From the NCBI GenBank assembly GCA_020137815.1, contig CM035356.1, forward strand, positions 6,758,001 to 6,822,000: DNA of 64,000 nt. The letters run 5' to 3'. Both the position numbers and the translations under genes were made by a program. The notes below the pieces were generated by a model. It saw only the letters and a program-made list of their open reading frames with translations. It was not told the origin of the DNA and did no database searches. Below, one piece after another: positions 36,601 to 48,600 of this stretch. The stretch is from Hormiphora californensis. Lineage: Eukaryota; Animalia; Ctenophora. Within the stretch, counting starts at the first letter, position 1, and every line of letters starts with the position of its first letter.

Positions 36601-39600
36601 GGGTCCGGCACCGCCAGAAAATTCGTGGAATTCATACCACGTACCATGAATCACCAAGTGACACTGCATGTTCCCCCCACTGCAGAGTATAAGTTAGACG
36701 CGCTTAGAATTCATGTATCATATTCTCCTAGCGGCCTGTTATCTTTCACATGTTTTAGGTGGTCCATCACAGTTTTAAATTTATAAACACACGTCAAACA
36801 TGAACGGATTCATATTTCAGTTTCAATTTTAGTTTTAAATTAAATGTTATCGATCATTAAAGCTAGATCCCAGCAACCATAAGGTACCTGGTACTATATT
36901 CTTCCCCAAAGCAGCTTTATCCCAGCCTCTACGTGATCTCTAAGCTGCATAATATGACGTGCTAAAGTAAAGATCCTAGCCATGAACATATTTTCTCGAC
37001 GATGATCAGAGTTTAATGCGATGATCTCTCCCTTTCATTCTGCATCCCTGATATCCAGCTTGTGTGTGTATAAAGGGAGGGCGGTACTGCACAATTGATC
37101 GTTGTTTGTTTTGCACTTCGACGATGGAGCTAGATAAAATCGGATCATAATAAACCTCCTAGCTTAGAAACTGTAGGCTGAGCTCTTTCGTTCCACAAAT
37201 TTTTTTCATAATTTTCACTAATAATCCATGTAAGATGATATGAGCTATGCTTTTCAAATTGGCCGAGTTCAATTCACACTAAATTATGAGAATTATGCGA
37301 ATTTATGGTTGTGTGTGGCCTTTTTTGTAGATTACAGATTTTCGCAGATTACAGATTACTTTCTAACTTTATAATTCTACGTACGTGAGGCAGTGAGGGT
37401 GTGCTTGCATGAAATATGAATTACATTTTACAACCTAGATTATATATTGGATATTACATATAATACCGCTGTTGCGTCGGCTTGTTTACCTTAAGCTATC
37501 ACAATAGCACACACACAAATACCGAGAAGAGTTGAGAGAGAGTGTATGCTATTGCGTGTTTGCTTAGTCTTCATTGATTCTCCAGCAACAGCACCAGCGG
37601 AATATAAGGTAGGTTTTGATGGATAAATAGCTGTCTGCACTGCATCAGAGTGATGCACTACAGACAGTACAGATGTCATTACACAGTCACACTGTCATAG
37701 CCTCTGAGTTTCGTTGGCGATCGGAATTATTGCAGTTGGGCCAGTCTCTTACGGACATGGCCCAACTGCAACTACAGTTTTCTGAAGCGTCTGTCCGTAG
37801 AGATGTAAGAGTACGTCCCAGTGTTTCAAGATATATATTTTATGAACGAAAATGCTATTATTAATAGTATTTTCGTATTAAATATGCCACATTTTGTGTC
37901 ACAACCTTGTGTCATGTGAGTGCAATGGACCCTGCAGCCTGCCATATTTTCATTGATCTGTGTTTTGTTATATTTTCATTTTTTATTCGGATCTACTCAT
38001 CATGTCTAGTGTAGGGAAAACTGCACTTAACCGTCTCATCTATTATAACATGTAACTATAATAATGTTGCCATGCTACGCAGTCTGTCCTTTCCGCCTCC
38101 CTCTTCGGACTCGCCCGGTGTGAAAGCCGACAGACTGGGAACATGTCAAATATAATGTCACTCTAAAATAATAATATATTTGTGTGTTGCATCATTCTTT
38201 ACTAAACCTCCCCCAAATTGCAGCAGCAGATCAGAGACGATGCCTGCGGAAAAGAAATACGAGGCTCTCCAGAGTTGGGATGAGTCGGACAGGACGGTCA
38301 CACAGATGGGGTACTTCAACTGGAGACCACGGTTCCTTGAGGTATGTTTTATAGAGTCTATATATCTAATAGAGTCGTGATTCTTGTCATGTAATGCATA
38401 TCTAGCTGCTATACATAATACATCCGTGTTTGTATTTAGCTGCTATACATCCGTGTTTTTAGTATCTTCAGGGACTCTTTTGCGGGAGACGCCCATTCAA
38501 ATAATTTACCTTAATTATAATAACAACAAACAATTCTACAGGTATTTAATAAACCGGCGATATTTACAATTGTGTTTGCTGTTAGTAATCTGGCGATGAT
38601 AATGTCTTACAGTATTCTCAGTCTTATTATTCCAACCCTGGAGTCGGTCTTTAATCTTAACTCTAAACAAACAGGTATATTGATTAGATAATTGGTTAAT
38701 TAATTAGTCAATTGTTTGGCTAATAAATATTTAATTAAAAGTACATTTACTAAATAATCTGCATCACTTCATGGAATGGAGTTTGAAAGGTGAAATACTA
38801 TCATGTTACATAAATATTATTATCTTAAATTGACGTAAGAGATTGACGCAAACTAGCTGTTGTTATACAACAGCTTGAATTGTTCACACAACTGACTCAA
38901 ACAGCAGCAGATACAACATTACCACACGGTATATTAATAATACACGGTATCTCTTTATTTCAGGGTTCATTCTGATGGCTAATAATATCTCTTTGTTTCA
39001 GGGTTCATTCTGATGGCTAATGATATCAGTGGTATGGTAGCGGCTATATTCATGGCTAACTACTGTAGCGCCAGGAAAACTAAATGGATCGCTATCGGCA
39101 TGTTAATTGTAGCGGCATCAGCCGTTATTCCTGCCTCTACAACTCTGTTTGCTGAGGTATATCCAATTACTGATACTGTACAATGTAAATTGTACAAATA
39201 CATTATACAGTTACAGAAATAGGAAATATCCTACTTAAATAGACTAATCAAACGACCAAATTTTACAAATGTACACATTACTAATAAAAACCCTCTTTAT
39301 TGCAGTATCCCCAGCCACAAACAGGAAACACATCATCATCAACATACCAAATAGAACAGGACAAACAATATGGCATCTGTAACGAAACAATAACAAACTC
39401 AGAGGAGAAGCGTGAGGCGGGGGAGTACGCTGTAAGGAACCACAACTATTACTGGATGTTCATCCTGGGATCCCTCCTCCAGGGTATAGGAGCTACACCA
39501 CCCGGTATTGCTGGATCTACCTACATGGATGAGATCTTCCCACAGAAAATGTTCGGTATTGCTATCTCATTCCTGTATGTGGTGGCCTTCCTGGGGTTCC

Positions 39601-42600
39601 CTATCTCTATGATGCTGGGTGCTGTGTACCTTCAGTATTACGTCACTCTGGATCCCCCTCCTGGTCTGACGGTACAAGATAAGGAATGGGTGGGTGCTTG
39701 GTGGATGGGCATGTTTTATCCCAGCATCGCTGTACTCGTTCTATCTTTCTTCGTGGGGCTTTATCCAAGGCAAATGCCTGCTGCCAAGGTATTTAGTTTT
39801 AAATTGGGTTATATTTTAGATGGCTTTGGCTTTCACAGCTGTTTCCTTTATCCCTCTGCGGAATCCCTAGTCCTAGCTCAAATCCCCTTATCTCTCAGAA
39901 AGTCCTAGCTTAAATCCCCTTATCTCTTAGGAAGTCCTAGCTTAAATCCCCTTATCTCTTAGAAAGTCCTAGCTCAAATCCCCTTATCTCTTAGAAAGTC
40001 CTAGCTTAAATCACCTTATCTCTTAGAAAGTTCGAGCTTAAATCCCCTTATCTCTTAGAAAGTCCTAGCTTAAATCCCCTTATCTCTTAGAAAGTCCTAG
40101 CTTAAATCACCTTATCTCTTAGAAAGTTCGAGCTTAAATCCCCTTATCTCTTAGAAAGTCCTAGCTTAAATCCCCTTATCTCTTAGAAAGTCCTAGCTTA
40201 AATCTCCTTATCTCTTAGAAAGTCCTAACTTATATCCCCTTATCTCTAAGAAAATCCTAGCTTAAATCCCCCTATCTCTAAGAAAGTCCTAGCTTAAATC
40301 CCCTTATCTCTTAGAAAGTTCTAGCTTAAATCCCCTTATCTCTTAGAAAGTCCTAGCTTAAATCCCCTTATCTCTTAGAAAGTCCTAGCTTATATCCCCT
40401 TATCTCTTAGAAAGACCTAGTTTAAATCCCCTTATCTCTTAGAAAGTCCTCGCCTAAATCCCCTTATCTCTTAGAAAGTCCTAGCTTAAATCCCCTTATC
40501 TCTTAGAAAGTCGTAGCTTAAATCTCCTTATCTCTTAGAAAGTCCTAGCTTATATCCCCTTATCTCTAAGAAAATCCTAGCTTAAATCCCCCTATCTCTA
40601 AGAAAGTCCTAGCTTAAATCCCCTTATCTCTTAGAAAGTTCTAGCTTAAATCCCCTTATCTCTTAGAAAGTCCTAGCTTAAATCCCCTTATCTCTAAGAA
40701 AATCCTAGCTTAAATCCCCTTATCTCTAAGAAAGTCCTAGCTTAAATCCCCTTATCTCTTAGAAAATCCTAGCTTAAATCCTCTTATCTCTTAGAAATTC
40801 CTAGCTGAAATTCCCTTATCTCTAAGAAAGTCTTAGCTTAAATCCCCTAATCTCTAAGAAAATCCTAGTTTAAATCCCCTTATCCCTTAGAAAGTCCGGG
40901 CTTAAATCCCCTTATCTCTCAGAAAGTCCTAGCTTAAATCCCCTTATCTCTTAGAAAGTCCTAGCTTAAATCCCCTTATCTCTTAGAAAGTCTTAGCTTA
41001 AAGTGAGAGTGGACCGAATCAGAATTGGACAAGTTTGTTGTAGGTAGTAGAGATTAGCTTTCTGAGCATTTTGCGTTTTTGCCGCTCAAAATCGACCAAC
41101 CCATCACTGAGATATTTTTGTTATGTTGGGAGAATTACTGCTGGATCAATATTTATCAAACAGGATAGAAACAATCCTTGTGTTTTACTAACACATTCTT
41201 TAAAATTTTAATATGCTGGCTTGCATTGCCCTGCTTCTGTGCATGGACATGTCAACCTCACTGTTTATATTCAGAATGTGTTAGGAAAACACCACGATTG
41301 TTTCTATTCAATTTTATACATACTGATTAAACAGGAGTTCTCCCAACATAACAAAAATATCTCAGTGATGAGTGGGTCGATTTTGAGCGGCAAAAACGCA
41401 AAATGCTCAGAAAGCTAATTTCTACTACCTACAACAAACTTTTCCAATTCTGATTCGGTCCACTCTCACTTTAAATCCCCTTATCTCTAAGAAAATCCTA
41501 GCTTAAATCCCCTTATCTCTTAGAAATTCCTACCTTAAATTCCCTTATCTCTAAGAAAGTCTTAGCTTAAATCCCCTTATCTCTAAGAAAATCCTAGCTT
41601 AAATCCCCTTATCTCTAAGAAAGTCCTAGCTTAAATCCCCTTATCTCTTAGAAAATCCTAGCTTAAATCCTCTTATCTCTTAGAAATTCCTAGCTGAAAT
41701 TCCCTTATCTCTAAGAAAGTCTTAGCTTAAATCCCCTAATCTCTAAGAAAATCCTAGTTTAAATCCCCTTATCCCTTAGAAAGTCCGGGCTTAAATCCCC
41801 TTATCTCTCAGAAAGTCCTAGCTTAAATCCCCTTATCTCTTAGAAAGTCCTAGCTTAAATCCCCTTATCTCTTAGAAAGTCTTAGCTTAAATCCCCTTAT
41901 CTCTAAGAAAATCCTAGCTTAAATCCCCCTATCTCTAAGAAAGTCCTAGCTTAAATCCCCTTATCTCTTAGAAAGTTCTAGCTTAAATCCCCTTATCTCT
42001 AAGAAAGTCCTAGCTTAAATCCCCTTATCTCTTAGAAAGTCCTAGCTTATATCCCCTTATCTCTAAGAAAATCCTAGCTTAAATCCCCCTATCTCTAAGA
42101 AAGTCCTAGCTTAAATCCCCTTATCTCTAAGAAAATATTAGCTTAAATCCCCTTATCTCTAAGAAAGTCCTAGCTTAAATCCCCTTATCTCTAAGAAAGT
42201 CCTAGCTTAAATTACCTTATCTCTAAGAAAGTCCTAGCTTAAATCCCCTTATCTCTAAGAAAATCCTAGTTTAAATCCCCTTATCTCTTAGAAAGTTCTA
42301 GCTTGAACCCCATTATCTCTTAGAAAGTCCTAGCTTAAATCCCCTTATCTCTTACAAGGTTCTAGTTAAATCCCCTTATCTCTTAGAAAGTCCTAGCCTA
42401 AATTCCCTTATCTCTTAGAAAGTCCTAGCTTCAATTCCTTTATCTCTTAGAAAGTCCTCGCCTAAATCCCCATATCTCTAAGAAAGTCCTAGCTTAAATT
42501 CTCTTATCTCTCCTAGCATAAATCCCCTTATCTCTTAAAAAGTCCTAGCTTAAATCCCCTTATCTCTAAGAAAATCCTAGCTTAAATCCCCTTATCTCTA

Positions 42601-45600
42601 AGAAAGTCCTAGCTTAAATCCCCTTATCTTTTAGAAAGTCCTAGCTTAAATCCCCTTATCTCTAAGAAAGTTCGAGCTTAAATTCCCTTATCTCTTAGAA
42701 AGTCCTAGCTTAAATTCCCTTATCTCTAAGAAAGTCCTAGCTTAAATCCCCTTATCTCTAAGAAAGTCCTAGCTTAAATCCCCTTATCTCTAAGAAAGTC
42801 CTAGGTTAAATCCCCTTATCTCTTAGAAAGTCCTAGCTTAAATTCCCTTATCTCTTAGAAAGTCCTAGGCTAAATCCTCTTATCTCTTAGAAAGTCCTAG
42901 CTTAAATCCCCTTATCTCTTAGAAAGTCCTAGCCTAAATCCCCTTATCTCTTAGAAAGTCCTAGCTTAAATTCCATTATCTCTAAGAAAGTCCTAGCTTA
43001 AATCCCCTTATCTCTTAGAAAATCCTAGCTTAAATCCTCTTATCTCTTAGAAATTCCTAGCTGAAATTCCCTTATCTCTAAGAAAGTCTTAGCTTAAATC
43101 CCCTAATCTATAAGAAAATCCTAGTTTAAATCCCCTTATTCCTTAGAAAGTCCGGGCTTAAATCCCCTTATCTCTCAGAAAGTCCTAGCTTAAATCCCCT
43201 TATCTCTTAGAAAGTCCTAGCTTAAATCCCCTTATCTCTTAGAAAGTCTTAGCTTAAATCCCCTTATCTCTAAGAAAATCCTAGCTTAAATCCCCTTATC
43301 TCTTAGAAATTCCTACCTTAAATTCCCTTATCTCTAAGAAAGTCATAGCTTAAATCCCCTTATCTCTAAGAAAGTCCTAGTTTAAATCCCCTTATCCCTT
43401 AGAAAGTCCTAGCTTAAATTCACTTATCTCTTAGAAAGTCCTAGCTTAAATCCCCTTATCTCTCAGAAAGTCCGAGCTTAAATTCCCTTATCTCTAAGAA
43501 AGTCCTAGCCTAAATCCCCTTTTCTCTTAGAAAGTCCTCGCCTAAATCCCCTTATCTCTAAGAAAGTCCTAGCTTAAATCCCCTTATCTCTAAGAAAGTC
43601 CTAGCCTAAATCCCCTTATCTCTAAGAAAGTCCTAGCTTAAATCCCCTTATCTCTTAGAAAGTCCTAGCTTATATCCTCTTATCTCTAAGAAAATCCTAG
43701 CTTAAATCCCCCTATCTCTAAGAAAGTCCTAGCTTAAATCCCCTTATCTCTAAGAAAATCCTTATCTCTTCGAAAGTCTTAGCTTAAATCCCCTTATCTC
43801 TTAGAAAATCCTAGTTTAAATCCCCCTGTCTCTAAGAAATTCCTAGCTTAAACCCCCTTATCTCTTAGAAAGTCCTAGCTTAAATCCGCTTATCTCTTAG
43901 AAAGTCCTAGATTAAATCCCCTTATCTCTTAGAAAGTCCTAGCCTAAATCCCCTTATCTCTTAGAAAGTTCTAGCTTGAATCCCCTTATCTCTTAGAAAG
44001 TCCTAGCTTAAATCTCCTTATCTCTAAGAAAATCCTAGCTTAAATCCCCTTATCTCTTAGAAAGTCCTAGCCTAAATCCCCTTATTTCTTAGAAAGTCCT
44101 AGCTTAAATCCCCTTATCTCTTAAAAAGTCCTAGCTTAAATCCTCTCATCTCTTAGAAAGTCCCATCCTAAATCCCCTTATCTCTTAGAAAGTTCCAGCT
44201 TAAATCCCCTTATCTCTTAGAAAGTCCTAGCTTAAATCCCCTTATCTCTAAGAAAATCCTAGCTTAAATCCCCTTATCTCTAAGAAAATATTAGCTTAAA
44301 TCCCCTTATCTCTAAGAAAGTCCTAGCTTAAATCCCCTTATCTCTAAGAAAGTCCTAGCTTAAATTCCCTTATCTCTAAGAAAGTCCTAGCTTAAATCCC
44401 CTTATCTCTAAGAAAATCCTAGTTTAAATCCCCTTATCTCTTAAAAAGTTCTAGCTTGAACCCCATTATCTCTTAGAAAGTCCTAGCTTAAATCCCCTTA
44501 TCTCTTACAAGGTTCTAGCTTAAATCCCCTTATCTCTTAGAAAGTCCTAGCCTAAATCCCCTTATCTCTTAGAAAGTCCTAGCTTCAATTCCTTTATCTC
44601 TTAGAAAGTCCTCGCCTAAATCCCCATATCTCTAAGAAAGTCCTAGCTTAAATTCTCTTATCTCTCCTAGCATAAATCCCCTTATCTCTTAAAAAGTCCT
44701 AGCTTAAATCCCCTTATCTCTAAGAAAATCCTAGCTTAAATCCCCTTATCTCTAAGAAAGTCCTAGCTTAAATCCCCTTATCTTTTAGAAAGTCCTAGCT
44801 TAAATCCCCTTATCTCTAAGAAAGTTCGAGCTTAAATTCCCTTATCTCTTAGAAAGTCCTAGCTTAAATTCCCTTATCTCTAAGAAAGTCCTAGCTTAAA
44901 TCCCCTTATCTCTAAGAAAGTCCTAGCTTAAATCCCCTTATCTCTAAGAAAGTCCTAGGTTAAATCCCCTTATCTCTTAGAAAGTCCTAGCTTAAATTCC
45001 CTTATCTCTTAGAAAGTCCTAGGCTAAATCCTCTTATCTCTTAGAAAGTCCTAGCTTAAATCCCCTTATCTCTTAGAAAGTCCTAGCCTAAATCCCCTTA
45101 TCTCTTAGAAAGTCCTAGCTTAAATTCCATTATCTCTAAGAAAGTCCTAGCTTAAATCCCCTTATCTCTTAGAAAATCCTAGCTTAAATCCCCTTATCTT
45201 TTAGAAAGTCCTAGCTTAAATCCCCTTATCTCTAAGAAAGTTCGAGCTTAAATCCCCTTATCTCTTAGAAAGTCCTAGCTTAAATTCCCTTATCTCTAAG
45301 AAAGTCCTAGCTTAAATCCCCTTATCTCTAAGAAAGTCCTAGCTTAAATCCCCTTATCTCTAAGAAAGTCCTAGCTTAAATCCCCTTATCTCTTAGAAAG
45401 TCCTAGCTTAAATTCCCTTATCTCTTAGAAAGTCCTAGGCTAAATCCTCTTATCTCTTAGAAAGTCCTAGCTTAAATCCCCTTATCTCTTATAAAGTCCT
45501 AGCCTTAATCCCCTTATCTCTTAGAAAGTCCTAGCTTAAATCTCCTTATCTCTAAGAAAATCCTAGCTTAAATCCCCTTATCTCTTAGAAAGTCCTAGCC

Positions 45601-48600
45601 TAAATCCCCTTATTTCTTAGAAAGTCCTAGCTTAAATCCCCTTATCTCTTAAAAAGTCCTAGCTTAAATCCTCTCATCTCTTAGAAAGTCCCATCCTAAA
45701 TCCCCTTATCTCTTAGAAAGTTCCAGCTTAAATCCCCTTATCTCTTAGAAAGTCCTAGCTTAAATCCCCTTATCTCTAAGAAAGTCCTAGGTTAAATCCC
45801 CTTATCTCTTAGAAAGTCCTAGCTTAAATTCCCTTATCTCTTAGAAAGTCCTAGGCTAAATCCTCTTATCTCTTAGAAAGTCCTAGCTTAAATCCCCTTA
45901 TCTCTTAGAAAGTCCTAGCCTAAATCCCCTTATCTCTTAGAAAGTCCTAGCTTAAATTCCATTATCTCTAAGAAAGTCCTAGCTTAAATCCCCTTATCTC
46001 TTAGAAAATCCTAGCTTAAATCCCCTTATCTTTTAGAAAGTCCTAGCTTAAATCCCCTTATCTCTAAGAAAGTTCGAGCTTAAATCCCCTTATCTCTTAG
46101 AAAGTCCTAGCTTAAATTCCCTTATCTCTAAGAAAGTCCTAGCTTAAATCCCCTTATCTCTAAGAAAGTCCTAGCTTAAATCCCTTTATCTCTAAGAAAG
46201 TCCTAGCTTAAATCCCCTTATCTCTTAGAAAGTCCTAGCTTAAATTCCCTTATCTCTTAGAAAGTCCTAGGCTAAATCCTCTTATCTCTTAGAAAGTCCT
46301 AGCTTAAATCCCCTTATCTCTTATAAAGTCCTAGCCTTAATCCCCTTATCTCTTAGAAAGTCCTAGCTTAAATCTCCTTATCTCTAAGAAAATCCTAGCT
46401 TAAATCCCCTTATCTCTTAGAAAGTCCTAGCCTAAATCCCCTTATTTCTTAGAAAGTCCTAGCTTAAATCCCCTTATCTCTTAAAAAGTCCTAGCTTAAA
46501 TCCTCTCATCTCTTAGAAAGTCCCATCCTAAATCCCCTTATCTCTTAGAAAGTTCCAGCTTAAATCCCCTTATCTCTTAGAAAGTCCTAGCTTAAATCCC
46601 CTTATCTCTAAGAAAATCCTAGCTTAAATCCCCTTATCTCTAAGAAAATATTAGCTTAAATCCCCTTATCTCTAAGAAAGTCCTAGCTTAAATCCCCTTA
46701 TCTCTAAGAAAGTCCTAGCTTAAATTCCCTTATCTCTAAGAAAGTCCTAGCTTAAATCCCCTTATCTCTAAGAAAATCCTAGTTTAAATCCCCTTATCTC
46801 TTAGAAAGTTCTAGCTTGAACCCCATTATCTCTTAGAAAGTTCTAGCTTAAATCCCCTTATCTCTTACAAGGTTATAGCTTAAATCCCCTTATCTCTTAG
46901 AAAGTCCTAGCCTAAATCCCCTTATCTCTTAGAAAGTCCTAGCTTCAATTCCTTTATCTCTTAGAAAGTCCTCGCCTAAATCCCCATATCTCTAAGAAAG
47001 TCCTAGCTTAAATTCTCTTATCTCTCCTAGCATAAATCCCCTTATCTCTTAAAAAGTCCTAGCTTAAATCCCCTTATCTCTAAGAAAATCCTAGCTTAAA
47101 TCCCCTTATCTCTAAGAAAGTCCTAGCTTAAATCCCCTTATCTCTTAGAAAGTCCTAGCTTAAATTCCCTTATCTCTAAGAAAGTCCTAGCTTAAGGGTA
47201 CACCTCGGCAAAATTTTTGTCGAGTGCCCGCTTAGCTCTCCATATGGGGTTGTAGGGCATACCAAGCCGACCTCAAATATGCAATTTTAGCCCTTAACTC
47301 GAATTCATATTTTTGCTACAGCCCCTCAAAGTTTGACCCTAAAAACCGGTTTTTAAGGTCCCTAAATTTTATTTTTAGGGCTAGAAAGCTGAAAATTTAG
47401 GGATTCATAGAGGATACCAAGGTGTATAGCTCAAACAGAAATTTTTTGAAATGGAGCTCAATTTTTTGTCTGAGACTATTTTACTTTTTTTGACTTTGAG
47501 GCCATATTTGGACATGTTCCTATGGACCGTTAAGGCTAAAAATTGGATATTTGGTGCTCCTAACAATTGTCAAAGTAGCCACAAATTTTCAGGAGGTCCG
47601 AATTTGAAATGTGGCCTACAGGTTTCTTTTTGTAAAGCACATATTTTAGGAAAACTTAAAATGGCTATATCTCAAAAACGGTAGGTCCTAGCGATCTAAT
47701 TTCGTGCTAAATCGATTCAGCGGGTCCGATTTTGGGGGGGTCGTCTCTTAGACATTTTGCTCTAAGTCTAACCGTTTTTTCAGAAATCGTATTTTAAGGT
47801 TTGTACATGTTTAGCAGAAATGCTTCTAGCTAGAGCTAATCTTACCTATTTCTGCTAAACATGTACAAACCTTAAAATACGATTTCTGAAAAAACGGTTA
47901 GACTTAGAGCAAAATGTCTAAGAGACGACCCCCCCAAAATCGGACCCGCTGAATCGATTTAGCACGAAATTAGATCGCTAGGACCTACCGTTTTTGAGAT
48001 ATAGCCATTTTAAGTTTTCCTAAAATATGTGCTTTACAAAAAGAAACCTGTAGGCCACATTTCAAATTCGGACCTCCTGAAAATTTGTGGCTACTTTGAC
48101 AATTGTTAGGAGCACCAAATATCCAATTTTTAGCCTTAACGGTCCATAGGAACATGTCCAAATATGGCCTCAAAGTCAAAAAAAGTAAAATAGTCTCAGA
48201 CAAAAAATTGAGCTCCATTTCAAAAAATTTCTGTTTGAGCTATACACCTTGGTATCCTCTATGAATCCCTAAATTTTCAGCTTTCTAGCCCTAAAAATAA
48301 AATTTAGGGACCTTAAAAACCGGTTTTTAGGGTCAAACTTTGAGGGGCTGTAGCAAAAATATGAATTCGAGTTAAGGGCTAAAATTGCATATTTGAGGTC
48401 GGCTTGGTATGCCCTACAACCCCATATGGAGAGCTAAGCGGGCACTCGACAAAAATTTTGCCGAGGTGTACCCTTAAATCCCCTTATCTCTAAGAAAGTC
48501 CTAGCTTAAATCCCCTTATCTCTAAGAAAGTCCTAGGTTAAATCCCCTTATCTCTTAGAAAGTCCTAGCTTAAATTCCCTTATCTCTTAGAAAGTCCTAG

